From Lingula anatina (Eukaryota; Animalia; Brachiopoda): 64,000 bases of DNA. Below are positions 14,201 through 26,900 of the stretch, piece after piece. The notes under the pieces are model-generated. The model saw nothing but the letters and a program-made list of their open reading frames with translations. It searched no databases and was not told the origin of the DNA. Within the stretch, counting starts at the first letter, position 1; the number at the start of each line of letters is the position of its first letter. A program made the position numbers and the translations under genes. The stretch covers positions 33,424,401-33,488,400 of the forward strand of contig CM120641.1 of the NCBI GenBank assembly GCA_051362555.1. The letters run 5' to 3'.

Positions 14201-17200
14201 TCCTACCATCTATTTGATTATTTCAAAACCTACCCACAGAAGATTTAACCTTAATACCAACCATATATATATAGAACTGTTAAAGCACATACAGAACAAA
14301 GGCAATGAAAAAAAATTATAGTCAAACCTTACATTAGTCTTGGCATTTTCTCCACACAGGGACAGAATTCAAAATTCAAACCACAAGCTGAGATGAAATG
14401 GCTCAGCATCTCCCAAATAAAGACACACACTACTAACTTATAATACTGCACTTCAAAGTTGTGTAAGCATAAAAGTCTCACTCACGAGTGAAGAAAATTT
14501 TCCTGGGACTGAAAGTAAAACATTATTCTAGCCTCTAGTATCAGAAACACCCAAATGTAAATTCCATTAAAACATCACCGCAAATGAAATGCCGGAGCAC
14601 ATCTCACAGACAGCAGTAAAAGAGAAAAGTCACTGAAATGCATTATAACTAAAACCTCAAATGTTTCAGTACATCCTGAATGCTGCATTGACCAGCAATA
14701 TCTCAGATTTCTCTCTGAAGTCAAACTAAATCTGAACCAGTCGAGTTGTTTCCTGAACATAACTATGGCAATAACTCAAGTTTCAGAGGAACAGGAAGCC
14801 AACCAGCCTTCTCTGCTTGGAACTCGAAATGAAAAACAGCATTTCACAATACATCAAAAACACCTCACAGAATGAAATTGGCCAACACATGTAGATGGGA
14901 ATCTATAAATTGCACCTTGATTTAAATATTAGATACAATGACATTTTAGAAAAGTTGTAGTTAAAAACAGCAAGAGAAATAAGATTGTATTAAAATAACA
15001 CACATTTTTCCTAAATAAACAACGTCCTCCAGAATAGAAGATTAAAGTAGTACCCCAGTAAAGATCTACCTCAAAAACACATAGCTAGATACTTCCAAAT
15101 CAAAATGAAAGACTATAAGTTTACTTAGACTAGAAATCATTTTTTACAAAAGAGTCATCATTTAATATGGCTTCAAATGTCTTAAAAAAACAAACTTTCT
15201 AACAACTAGAATTGGTACGAGCAGGCACACATGAATGCATCTCGATTCTGCAATAAAAAATGTAATGTGAAAAAATAGTGGATCAGCTGAGAACAGTGGT
15301 GTTTTTCAAAGTTTCAAACTAAAGGCATCTAAGTGACAGCTGGTAAAGGGATTGTCATTGGACTGAATAGCCACAGGTATGAGGTCCAACTTGAGACCCA
15401 CAAAGCCTACTAGTTCCACCCTGCTGTGGGGTAGCTTCTGTTTCATAAAAATCACCTGCCATTTTGAAAAAAAAAGTTTTCTAAATAAATAATTTGCATT
15501 CTGTTTTTATGAAGGGTTTAGTGTGTGTGTGTGTGTGCGTGCATGCTTGTATATATCAAATGCAACTAACACAATGCCATTCCTTGTTTATCTCTCTCCT
15601 TTGTTTACTGCCAATGTACTCAATTTAGAAAAGAGAAATAAAAGATAAAAGACAAAGCCTAATTCTGTCATGTTATCTGTTCAGATAAAACTGATACAAT
15701 ATTAGTTTGTACTGTATAATATTAAATAAGTCACAATGTAGATTTATAGGTGTGAATTGCCCCCTCAAAGCTGTCAACTCTGTTTTAAAAGTCAAAGATT
15801 ATGTTCAAACTCTAAGTTATGTTCAAGGGGGTCTCCCAAAAATCTATTATATTCAATGAAGTACTTTTGGCAATAAGTAATCAGAAAGTCTGTGCCAAAA
15901 ACTTTTCTGCCTACAGTGCACCAGTCAAAGATTCTTCTAGCCCAAAGCAGAATGAGTGGTGAGTTTAAGACTGGGTTTCCATCCTCAGATTGATCCAAAT
16001 ATCTGCGGAAATGGTCCCTAAAAATATTACAAAATTTTTCTGGTTTGGCTCTAATTTTATTGGTACATGATGGTGGACCAATGTTAATGTCATGTTAGAA
16101 AAAAAACAGATAACTTACTAAAGTTTGTAGTTGTGATAAAACACAGGCTTCACACAATATGAAAGTTTAACTTCCTTTTCATGATATAAACTTCTGTGGA
16201 TTAAGGTATCATCTATGTTTCTAAGGTATCATCTATGTTTCTAAGTTTATACCAATCAACATACATATGCCCATCACAACACCACTGCAGAAACTTCACT
16301 GTGTTTGTCAAGGCCACAAATGCTTTTAAAACTAAATATTCTTAATCTAACAAAAGCAAGGCAGTCACTTGAAACAGCACATGCCAATTTGATTATTAAA
16401 ACTTGTATTGCTCCAAAAACAGAACTGAAAATGCTCTAGTGTTCAACTTTCCTACATCAATATTACACCCATGTTCTGTAGGCAATGGAAGGTTCATCAA
16501 GAAATTACTTCAGTCGCGTGTTATTTATTATTGTAGAAAATATTCTGGGCCTTTCATTCTGTAACAATACAGCCTCAGTTCACCCTGTCTTTGCATTGAA
16601 ATGGCAGAGGCATTTTCTCCAGAGTTCATTTCACCCCCGTTCTATTTTCTTTTTTCAAGTAAACTTTTGGGAAGACGGTTTATTGCTGCGTAACACGATA
16701 CCTCGTGTCTAAACACCTGATATTACGTCCAAATTGAGACAAGTTACGCTTCGCCAAACAAAGAGTCCGCTTCACGTTTATCCCGCACGGTTGCTCCTTA
16801 TGTGTGTAGTGTATGGGAGAACAACAATGTGGCACTGAGTAAATATTTTTGTCAAGCTTCGGTCAATAATACACCTCGACTGTTACCGCGTCATAGGGGT
16901 TGGACAAAATACAAGTCACCCCGGTAATCATGGGTTGGACCATTCACCCATATTTTAAATGTGAAACCCTGACAGACTGTGTCTGGCTGGTTAACCTCAA
17001 ACCCTGATTATCAGGGTGGCTACCGAAATGAAGCCTGTTATTATCAGGGTGCAGACAATGCAAGGATAGTTCATGCGTGTAATGTGCACCTTGCAGCCTT
17101 CTTGAGTCAAATTTAAAGAGACCCTTTACAAACATGTACACAAACTTCACACGCGAAACTTCCTCAATCTTGTAACATAACTGAAAATAATGTTCTCACT

Positions 17201-20200
17201 GTAATGTTTCTAGTTCACGCACTTAAGTTTTAAAAATATGCCTCTGCCAATAAAAATCTTACAGTAATCATGGACAGATTTTTTTTTCCTTTTTGCCTTA
17301 GAATACATTTTAAATTACCAAATTTTGTTTATCCAAAAGAGGAGCTTCTGAAATTTTTCTTGACCACAAATGTCTGTTTATGCCCACAGTAGTACTTGAC
17401 TGGACACCAGACCTCCTGACCACAAGACATTAACCTTGGTTCTGGACAAAACATTCACTCTGCTAATAACATTTTCACCTGACTATACTAAATATTCCTA
17501 GCCTGAATCAAAAGGGAGCCAAATGTGAACAACTATTACATGAATGAGTAATGGAATATTAAGTTTGAAATCATGCAAATTTCATGTTGTCTATGGAACC
17601 AACGGTTAAAGAATGTCCATCCAAAGGCTGACCATTACTGACCAGCAGACCAGTGAACAGATATCTCGTACAGCAGAATAATTATCTAGATTTGCTTGAC
17701 CAACAGACCGAATAGATGTATTCCTGCTGCACCAAGAGCTTGCTTTGTGCACAGATTCACTTTAAAACATCACTGAAATATGCTTGTTTACACTTAAAAA
17801 GTCAAAATTGCTTTTAAAAACCTAAACCATTCTGCAACTTGATCATAATGCCCATTTTCTGCTTTGTGTCTGCAGCTCCTGGTCCATGAAATCATTTCTT
17901 GGCACATGTCCACGGTGGTCTTTTTTATGACCCCACAAATAATGAAGCTGACGTTTACTGAACACAAAAGCCCAGAAACAAAGACAAAAAAGACCAAGTA
18001 GTACGTAAATCTGTTCTTTTTGGGGACTTCTAACACACAGCAAGATCCAGATAAAGTAAAAAAGATGAAAAAACTTCACTTAAAACTAGATATATTAATT
18101 CTATGTTGAGAAATACATCGTCTAATGATTTTATGGGATTATAATTTGCCCATTTCTTTACTGCACAGAAGTTGCCATCTGTTGACTGTTGAAATGAAGT
18201 CATTATTTCTCCTATGTCATCAAGTTAATTTCCTTTTCCTTCACATTAACAGGAATATTACGCTTATTTTCCCAACAAGTGCTCCTAATATGGAAAAGAG
18301 AGCAGACTTGAAATATCCATAGACTTTGACAGTTTGACTAAATCTCTAAAAAGCACAATATCCATTTATAAATCAAAATTTAACTTCATAGAGAATTACA
18401 TAAAATCTATTCAACAAATTATCAAACTGACACAACATAATTAAATTAAACAGGCCTATTTATCAGCTGTGTAGTTAAGCTGATAGAGAAATCATATCAA
18501 ATCCAATTATATCCCAATTACAAGTGACTTCGGTATAGCACTATTTCATTAGGGGGAAGTTATCATCTGTTTTGTGTCTCCATAGTATTACTAATCTGAT
18601 TTTAGGAGTTATCTGATCTGTGGTTTGGAATAAATATGATAGTATCTGTTGCATATGAAGTACCCTGGATGAAGAGTTTTGAGTGTTTTATGCTACTGGG
18701 GAGATCTTCTACTTAACAATATAACCATAAAAACAAATGGCGTCCCTAAATGTTGAAGTGGTGCAGCTGCTGAGATTTATTTTGTAAGCTCTCTAAAATA
18801 AAACAAAAACAAATTTACCAAGACCAATACTTTTTTCGTTTAGTTTTTCTTTTGGTATTAGTAACAAAACAGGGAAGTTTAATTTTGAACAGTAAAATCA
18901 GTCAAAGCCAGCCTTGTGATATATGGGCAATAAAAAAAACATACCAGATATTTCGATACAATGTTTTCTTTAGGGCACACAAAGTATCTCCATTTGTAAA
19001 TCACATGCTAAAATGACAATGAAATTCTTTACCCTAGAGTCTGTGGATACAGCTTGGAAAACAACTCAAACAAAATGATCCAGCCTACAATTTAGACACT
19101 CCCATTCATACCACGCATCCTGTGTTTATAGAAACCAAAGTTGTTGTAAATTCCTATACAGTGTGTAACTAACTCTTTGTATTTTTTTCATGTAGGTCAT
19201 TTTCCAGCTAAATAATTATGACAAAACAAGAAAAGAGACACAGATTAAACAACTGACATTCAAGTAAGCTGATCCAAGGCACATACAAAACATCCGTATA
19301 CAATTTCTCAACAGTGAGAGGCATACAGCCACTTTACTGGGTAGGGATCTGGTGCCTTGTATAAATGTATACATACTCCCCAGTGCTATGGAATCGATAC
19401 CACATTGCTTCAACCAAGTCATACAAAAACCAAACACCAATATCAAATTACTAAGGGTCACTCCACACTTGGGTAACAAATCAGTCCTAAGAGGCTGTAA
19501 CTTATCCAGTTTGGTCTCCTTTTTTAAGTTGTATATATTTTAGAGTAAATGGTAACAATGGACATATTTGGATACAGAAGTCTGTCAAACAACAATCTCA
19601 ACAAAATAATCAATCATAAAAAAGCTATCAACCACAACTGAGAAGCTAACAAACTTTATGGTATAATTCACATTTGTGAAAAAAAAAATAATGACTGATA
19701 AAATTACTGGTAAGGTCTGGTTGTTAAGCCAGGTGGAGATATTCATTACCACCAAGGGTAGCACTGGTCACTGCATGTGGTCAGTAAATTACAACAGTGG
19801 TCAGTTGGCTGTGCACACGTCCAGACAGCTGCAGGATAGACTGACTCTGTAATATGACAGGTGCTCTCAGGCTGATCAGTTTGTAACTGACCCAAGAAAC
19901 TGACCTTTCAAAGGCTCTATATCAATAATGAAACTTAAAAACTGTCTTTATCATTCACAATTACTACAAATAAGGCAAAAGACCAGTCTAAAAATACTGA
20001 ATATTTTACACTGTCTCAATTCTCAAACCATATTCTCCTAATTTTCCTTTTTCTGTGCAGGGAAGGTGAAATGCTGCCACAAAATACGTTTGTTTTAATA
20101 GTTAAAATCCGATCCCACCAAACGTGTACACTTTTTACACGATACTTCTAACTACATCAATAAATGTTTATCAAGGTATAACTTATTGTTCAGCACCAAC

Positions 20201-20597
20201 AGGATTTACTAAACGGATTTATTGATCCCCATTAACTCTGCCGCTCACCTAAGTTTTAGCCGTGTTATGGACATGGACGTTATCGATAAACATTTTTCTC
20301 GTCTGTTCACCAAAATTGGGCGATAAATCTAGGATTCAGTACAATTAAAAAGAGGCCTCCCTATTTCTTAAATGTACAAAAAAATTGAGCAGAGTCCAGG
20401 CTGTCTCCCTAACTTTAAAGCTCACGGTACTCGCGTGACTCAGTTCGGCCCACATTGCGTTGACTTTGTCAACACAACTCAAAAGACTTTAAGAAGTCAT
20501 CCTCTTTATTTTCGTTTTCCGGGCGACAAACTGCAAAGAAAGTTTTCTATCGAGTAGATACTAACAGAAAATACCTTTACAAACCTTTCCGTCTTAC

Positions 20598-20690
20598 CTT
20601 CTAAACCGAATCTGAAACGTGGTCAGCGTGGAGAGTTCTCGAAGTTCAAAACTTTTAGTAGCATTACAATCCAGGAAGGTGCGCCATTTT
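20598..20690 (-). other. Probable non-coding first exon of the USP53/54 gene
   Basis: Minus-strand donor AAG|GTAAGA at 20598/20597, inside the CpG-rich island and next to YY1 and CRE motifs. It would splice to the acceptor at 2939 (intron ~17.7 kb). The 5' end is approximate. Confidence 0.55.
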
Positions 20691-20953
20691 TCAACTGGTG
20701 ACGTCAAGCGGGTTGTGATGGCGGAGGGATTTTGTCAGGTGCTCGAAATTATACGTTTTCCATAAAAATGCTTTTGACTTTCTTATACGCTTGACAGAAA
20801 CCACAAATACATTGTTCATAATCAAAATACACTGATTAATTGGCCCGTTGAGTCAAATAGCTTGCCAATTGTAATAATAAATAAGGATTAATTTTCGGCG
20901 CGAAATATTTATATCTGAATGGGTGCTGACTTCCGCTTTCCAACCACTACAAA
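20600..20953. promoter_or_regulatory. Bidirectional CpG-rich promoter shared by USP53/54 (-) and RASSF (+)
   Basis: Local CpG enrichment (~20100-21250) against a CpG-poor background. YY1-like GCGCCATTTT at 20681-20690, palindromic CRE TGACGTCA at 20699-20706, E2F-like TTTTCGGCGCGAAA at ~20892-20905 and ETS-like ACTTCCGC at ~20929-20936. Divergent first exons flank it. Confidence 0.7.
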
Positions 20954-23900
20954 ATGTCCACCTGTTTAAAGTGCGGAAAACCAGTGTATTTCGGTGAGTG
21001 AAATCATAGGCCGGCTTTGATAAAAGTAATCTTTCTCCTGCACAATACTACTATATGCCTGTAACCCTTGCATTGCATAAACCAGTTCAGAACTAGACGC
21101 TATATTTTGCCGGCAAGGTGGTTGATCACCTGACTGTCAACACAAGTCAAACTGCCTTTGATTTCAATATTTAGATTTTGAACAATTGTTTGATCGATTG
21201 ATAAATTTTAGTACCACGTCTCGTCCTTGTAGATCTTTTCATTAATGCATGCAGCTTCAATCCTGCCTTAACACAAAAACCGGGCTTGTTTAATTTTACT
21301 GGAAATATTGTGGTTATCACGCAGGTGGGTATCCCGCCCACCTTGCTGCAAGATACCCAAAGGCACAGGCACTTGCATCACTGAGTATTCTACCATAGTC
21401 ATTGGGCGCTATCCACTCTCAGCAGGCTGGCTGCCATGTCTCTCGATCTTGTGCCATACGTATGCTTTCATTATAATTTTGATTGGTCCATTCTTTCATG
21501 TTGTGTATCCATGTTGTTCTTGATTTTTCTTTCCTATGTTTTCCATTCAACTTCCAATGGCAACCTCTGCAAATTATCTTTTCTTATGCTGTGCCCAAAA
21601 TACCCTGTAAGTTAATTTTCTTTTCTTGATTGTGTTTAGTAATAATCTTATTTTTAGATTATTAAATGCTTCCGCATTACTTTTGTTTTCAGTCTATGAT
21701 AGTTTAATCATCCTTCGATATCCCACATTTCAAACATTTCTGTTTTTTTCATCGTTGATATTGTTAGTGTCCATGCCTCTAAGCAGTATAAAAGTGTTGA
21801 CCAGATGTAACATTATTAATGGTACGCAGCCTTAGATTGATGTTAATGTTTCTTGATCTTATAAATATATTTTTTTTTTATTAATGTGACATGTGAATAT
21901 ATAAATATAAATCACATGACCTCATAGGCCTACAAGTCATTGAATTTTGTACATTTATCAAGAACATAAAGTTAAGATTATAATTATAACTAGAGCAAAA
22001 ATCATAAGATATTAATTCTGATAGTAACAGTAGTACAGTAATATTTTATGGTACATTATGTGTACATTGTTTTTTTTTTGTCTGTAATTCAATTATTTTT
22101 GTGCCATAGTTTTCCAGATAATATGTATTTACAATAATGGTAGAGTAATATTAAAGTAGAAGCTTTTTCTGGGCTGTCATATGTGTCACAGAGCTTTATA
22201 TATTTTACAGGTACCACCACACTACAATTTAACATTGAATAACCTTTTACACCAAGCACACAATAACATTTGTATGCTATACGAACACACTTTTTACACA
22301 AATTCATCTTCCATTTTCTGTCCAGAGATGAGATATCTTCGCAATGTTATGTTATATTGCTGCCAGTTAATGATATATTTGCAAAGAAAGTTCTGTTTAT
22401 AGATATAAATGTACAAATATTTACTATCAGATTATTTAGTTTTGTATCATTTTTTAAAATCAATAAAGCAGCCATTCACTCATTTTGAAATTCTCAAATC
22501 ACATACCCACATTGCTTATGAAGTTTAGCTTAGCATTCTTTCCACTTCATAAAATGTAATCTCCACTGTATATTCTATTCCAGCTGAGCGTAAGCGGTCA
22601 CTAGGCAAGGACTGGCACCCTCAGTGTCTACGATGTCAAGAATGTGGCAAGGTTTTAAATCCTGGACAACACGCAGAGGTAAGTAACCCATTAGGAAAAA
22701 TGCATGTGTACAAATGTGGAGGTCATTCTGACCAAGTTCAACTACATAGGACAATAATACAATTATTATGATATGTGTATATCTAAAAGAAAAGCATCAA
22801 TTGTGTCTTGAACCCTTTAAAAGAAATGCATTTTGATAATGCATGGCCTTGGCACAGCTTCTTCTACATTACATGTATGATGTGTATTTATGAGGAATTA
22901 TAGGAGACTTAATATGGGTATGGTGTATATATTTTGTTTGATTTTAGTTGCATTTCCTATAAAAAGTAACGGCTGTATCATTGTTATTATAATTATCATT
23001 TTTATCATTATTCTGATAAATTTATTTGTATTTATAATTTCAAATACATAGCATTGTTCTTGCTTTCTGTCTCAAAACCTTCCCCAAAGACAATTGAAAG
23101 AACCATGTACTAGGTTCTTTTTAATGGGAAGCTTTTTACATTTTGCTAATTTTAACGTATTTCCACCTATCTGTATTTTTATTTTGATTATTTTATCATT
23201 ATAAAAAAGGTTCTTCATCATTGACAAAAATGCTTTGCTTTCCATGTCTCTATAATGGTAAATGTATTTATTATTTGCTTTAATTCCCTGCTTTATACCT
23301 ATATTTTACAGGATCTTTAAGAAACTAGGTAGGATTGTGTTAATGTAGATATTGCATGGCTTGTTTTGTATATATGGGTTTTTTTTTTTATTGAAGGTTA
23401 TAAGAACGTTAGTACCCCTGCATGTTTTATGTGTGTTGTTGTTTGAAGCACTTGGTTGAATGAATTAGGCATGTTGTTTAAATTATTTTTTCCTTGTATC
23501 ATTTAGAATGAATTCGTCTTTTAGTGTGATGACAATTGTTTGTGATGTGTTTTTATATATTTATATATATGTCTGAAACACTAGGAAAATGGTCCCATTA
23601 CAAGCACACAAAGATAGTTTTCTATATGTAATGTTTAACTGTTTATGTTGGTCTTTTTCAAATAACGTGATAGAATAGCATGTCTCCAAAGTCTCTCTTC
23701 TCTCTCTCAAATGCTGAGAGTACACAAAAGTCACACACAGAAGCTATTTTGTAGGTCCTTGTGACAAGTTGCTTGGTGCCGTATTGACATAAATTATTAA
23801 TGGTACTTATATCAATAGAGTCTCGTGCAGTACAGGTTGTTGTTTATATCAACACAGCTATCTTATATTGTTAGATGTTATTGTGATAGTGTATACAGTG

Positions 23901-26900
23901 TTGTATCATTTACCTTTTTTAAACATTAAGTCACTGATTATTTTCATTATATGATCTTTTAAACTGAAATTAATGTTGAATTTAAGTAAACCAACTAATT
24001 GTTGGCATTTCCAATTGTCTGGATTGTATTAAAAGTTAATTTTCTTTTGGTTAAAAATGTAACTGATTTTTTAAAGATTTCTACATTAAATTGCTATCTG
24101 CTAATGAGCTTAATGTTAGAAAACAACACAACCAGGTGCATATTGGCTCTGTATTCAGTGGTTCCTATAAAATATTTGTAAGTCGGCAATGATAAATAAT
24201 AAATGGTATTTTAAGAATATTGCCATGACCTCAACCAACTCTGTTATCTGTACTGCTACTGTTGCTTAGGGCATTAATTTTTCTTTAAGGACATTGTACA
24301 GTTCAAAAGAGACCACAAATATGTTTAAATACCATAGATACAGCATTCCTCTGATGCTAATGACTAATGTGATTATATAAGGAATAAGACAAGAAGATAA
24401 GCGTGTTTAAATAGCTGTGATGTGAGGACATCAGGTGAAGGAATCATATGTCTACTGATGAATAAGAACCTGAAAGGGTGGGTCACAGTGACAGAGGTAT
24501 GATCTCTAGATTAACTTGTATTGGCAAGCTGCCAAGAGGTCATGGAGTCGGAGTGGATTCCATGGTTGTAACAAGGCACAACAAACACAATTTGGGAGTT
24601 GTTTTAAAGTAAGTTGCTGTGCTTGTGATGTAGCACAACCAGTAACTCAGCTGCACAAGGAGGATTGTAGTTTGAGATTTGAAAATTGATACTGTGAATG
24701 TGTTTTAAATCTGCAGTGGTGTACTGAATTTTTGCAGTCTTTGAACATAAATATATTCACAATCTTAAGTAAATCAGGAGAGGACAAATATGAGTGAAGA
24801 AAGTCAGATGTTCAAAAATAAAGATGGTTAAACCTCTGAATATCAAGATGAATATGACATAATCAGAATATATGATAAATAGCTAATACTACACATTAAA
24901 ACAATATTCTGGAAAACCATCTAGCTGTTACTGTTGCAGACCTGATAATACAATACTTTGCAGTTTGACTCTCTCCCTTATGTGCATATCCGTTGTTATG
25001 ACATTCTCTGTCAGTAATGTTCATCATATGCTCTACATTCAAATATCTTCTTTTTGCTTATTTTCTATTCAGTCTGTACTTACATTTGGAGTGTCTGTGC
25101 ATAGATTTAAACCAAGTAGCTCAACAGTCCAAGATAAGTGTATTCGGCATTGAAAGTGGTCTCTCCCATCACTTTTGGCAATATATACTCCCCATGAAGA
25201 CAGCATTCAAATATGCAGTGGTGTGTCCAACATGTCCGTGTACCAGTCATATTTAATATTAATGGTCGTGAACTGTGTGGTCTTTCCAACCATATCTGGA
25301 CAACCCCTGACCCTGTGTGACATTAAGATATGCTAATTTGTATACTAATATATGTGTAAAGTGAAGCATCACTGAGTGCTTTTTAAATCCCATTTTCTGT
25401 CCATTTAAAAAGGTGACACTCTTATCAAATATGTAATAGCAGACTTCAGTATTTGCTTCTTGATTTTGAAAATATTATTTTAGATTTAATTGTGTTAGTA
25501 TTTATGAAGGAATATAGTCTTCATGAGTGCAGATTAGGTGGGGGCAGATAATGTAGGTCACAATAACTATCATTATTCTAGTCTGGGACAAGGGATATGT
25601 TATCTGTGACATAAAGATAGTAATGATTTATGTTGTTTTTTTCAAGAGGCCTTTCAAGGGATAGTTGTATTAGATAGTAAGTTTGATAAATGTTTAGGTT
25701 ACCACAATTGTTGATTTTGGAAATGTATTTAATTTGCAGTGGTGGGCAATGGAGTTTTGAGGGGGTATTAAAAAAGCAGATATTGATGACCATTTTAAAG
25801 GAATCAAATTGGAAAAAATTAAAAATTACTTACTTGTGATATAATTCTACCGAAAGTGTCACTAAGGGGGAATTTATACTTATATGAGGAAGAAAGTTTA
25901 CTGGGTAGTAAAGATATCTTACTTTTCCTGAAGTGTTTAACTGGGAAATTAATGTAGTAGGAAAATTGGAAAAATTAATACATTTTTAAAAGGAAGCAAA
26001 CGACATATTGGTTTACATTAACTTTTTTATTACGTAAAAAGTTAGGAATGCTTTACAAGTGACAAACTTACCTGCTACATCTATGAAAATTGCAAAACAA
26101 GACAATTAACAAAAAAAGTGCTCAAAAGAAAGAAAAACTTTTGTTAAAATCACAGAATAAAGACAAACAAAACTGCCAACAATGTGACATAGACAGAAGT
26201 GTGCCCTGTGAGATATCTGGCCATTGCATGTCAGCTGTCATCTCATATAGACTAGGGCCACGCAGATAAACATCAGAATAATACTGTCACTAGGGCTACA
26301 GCCACATTCAGACAGGTTTAAAAGTTGGACCAGCTCCCAGATGAAATGTGTCAAAGCACGACCAAATTAGCTATCAAATTCAGATGACTGAGACTCGTAA
26401 GTGTCTCAAAAATCTTACCTCTATTACAGAAGTGCACCAATGGTGTCAGACAGTGAACTGATTTTGCCTTGCCAAATAATTTGGTTGTCAATTTTGGTAA
26501 AACATCTTGTACATGAAACAGATTTCAATAAAAAACCAGTCTGAACTGAGTCTTAGCTAGCCTACACCTTACCTGTTTATACATATGTGTCACATTCAGA
26601 GAACCAGTGAGCGGGTTAGGTAAGGTAAGTACAAGTAAGTCACGTCACGCTGGATTATTTACACGAATGCCGCACTGACTTCTTACTTAATTGAATATTT
26701 ATCAGTGTAAGTTTTGGTTGATGGAGTTTGCAAAGGGGTGGGTGTCGGTTAAGGATCTTATACCTTAAGCACTATGATATTTGGGATGTTGGCACAGTTT
26801 CTGTTGAATTTGTGTTGATCTTTATTCTACCAGTAGATGTCTTTAAAAGTTATATTGGTAATAATAGAAAATAATCATTTACCAAGGATTTGATACTAAT

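Noticed and set aside
15337-15440. Possible miR-133-like arm or tRNA-derived SINE
   Set aside because: Only a short CAGCTGGT..AGGG resemblance; no mature miRNA match, hairpin or A/B boxes.
16202-16246. Short exact duplications (20 bp here; ~25 bp at 39971-40025)
   Set aside because: Ordinary slippage duplications with no evident function.
3000-20500. Numerous 60-100-aa ORFs in the ORF track
   Set aside because: No recognisable domains, many non-ATG starts, and composition typical of AT-rich intron; expected by chance.
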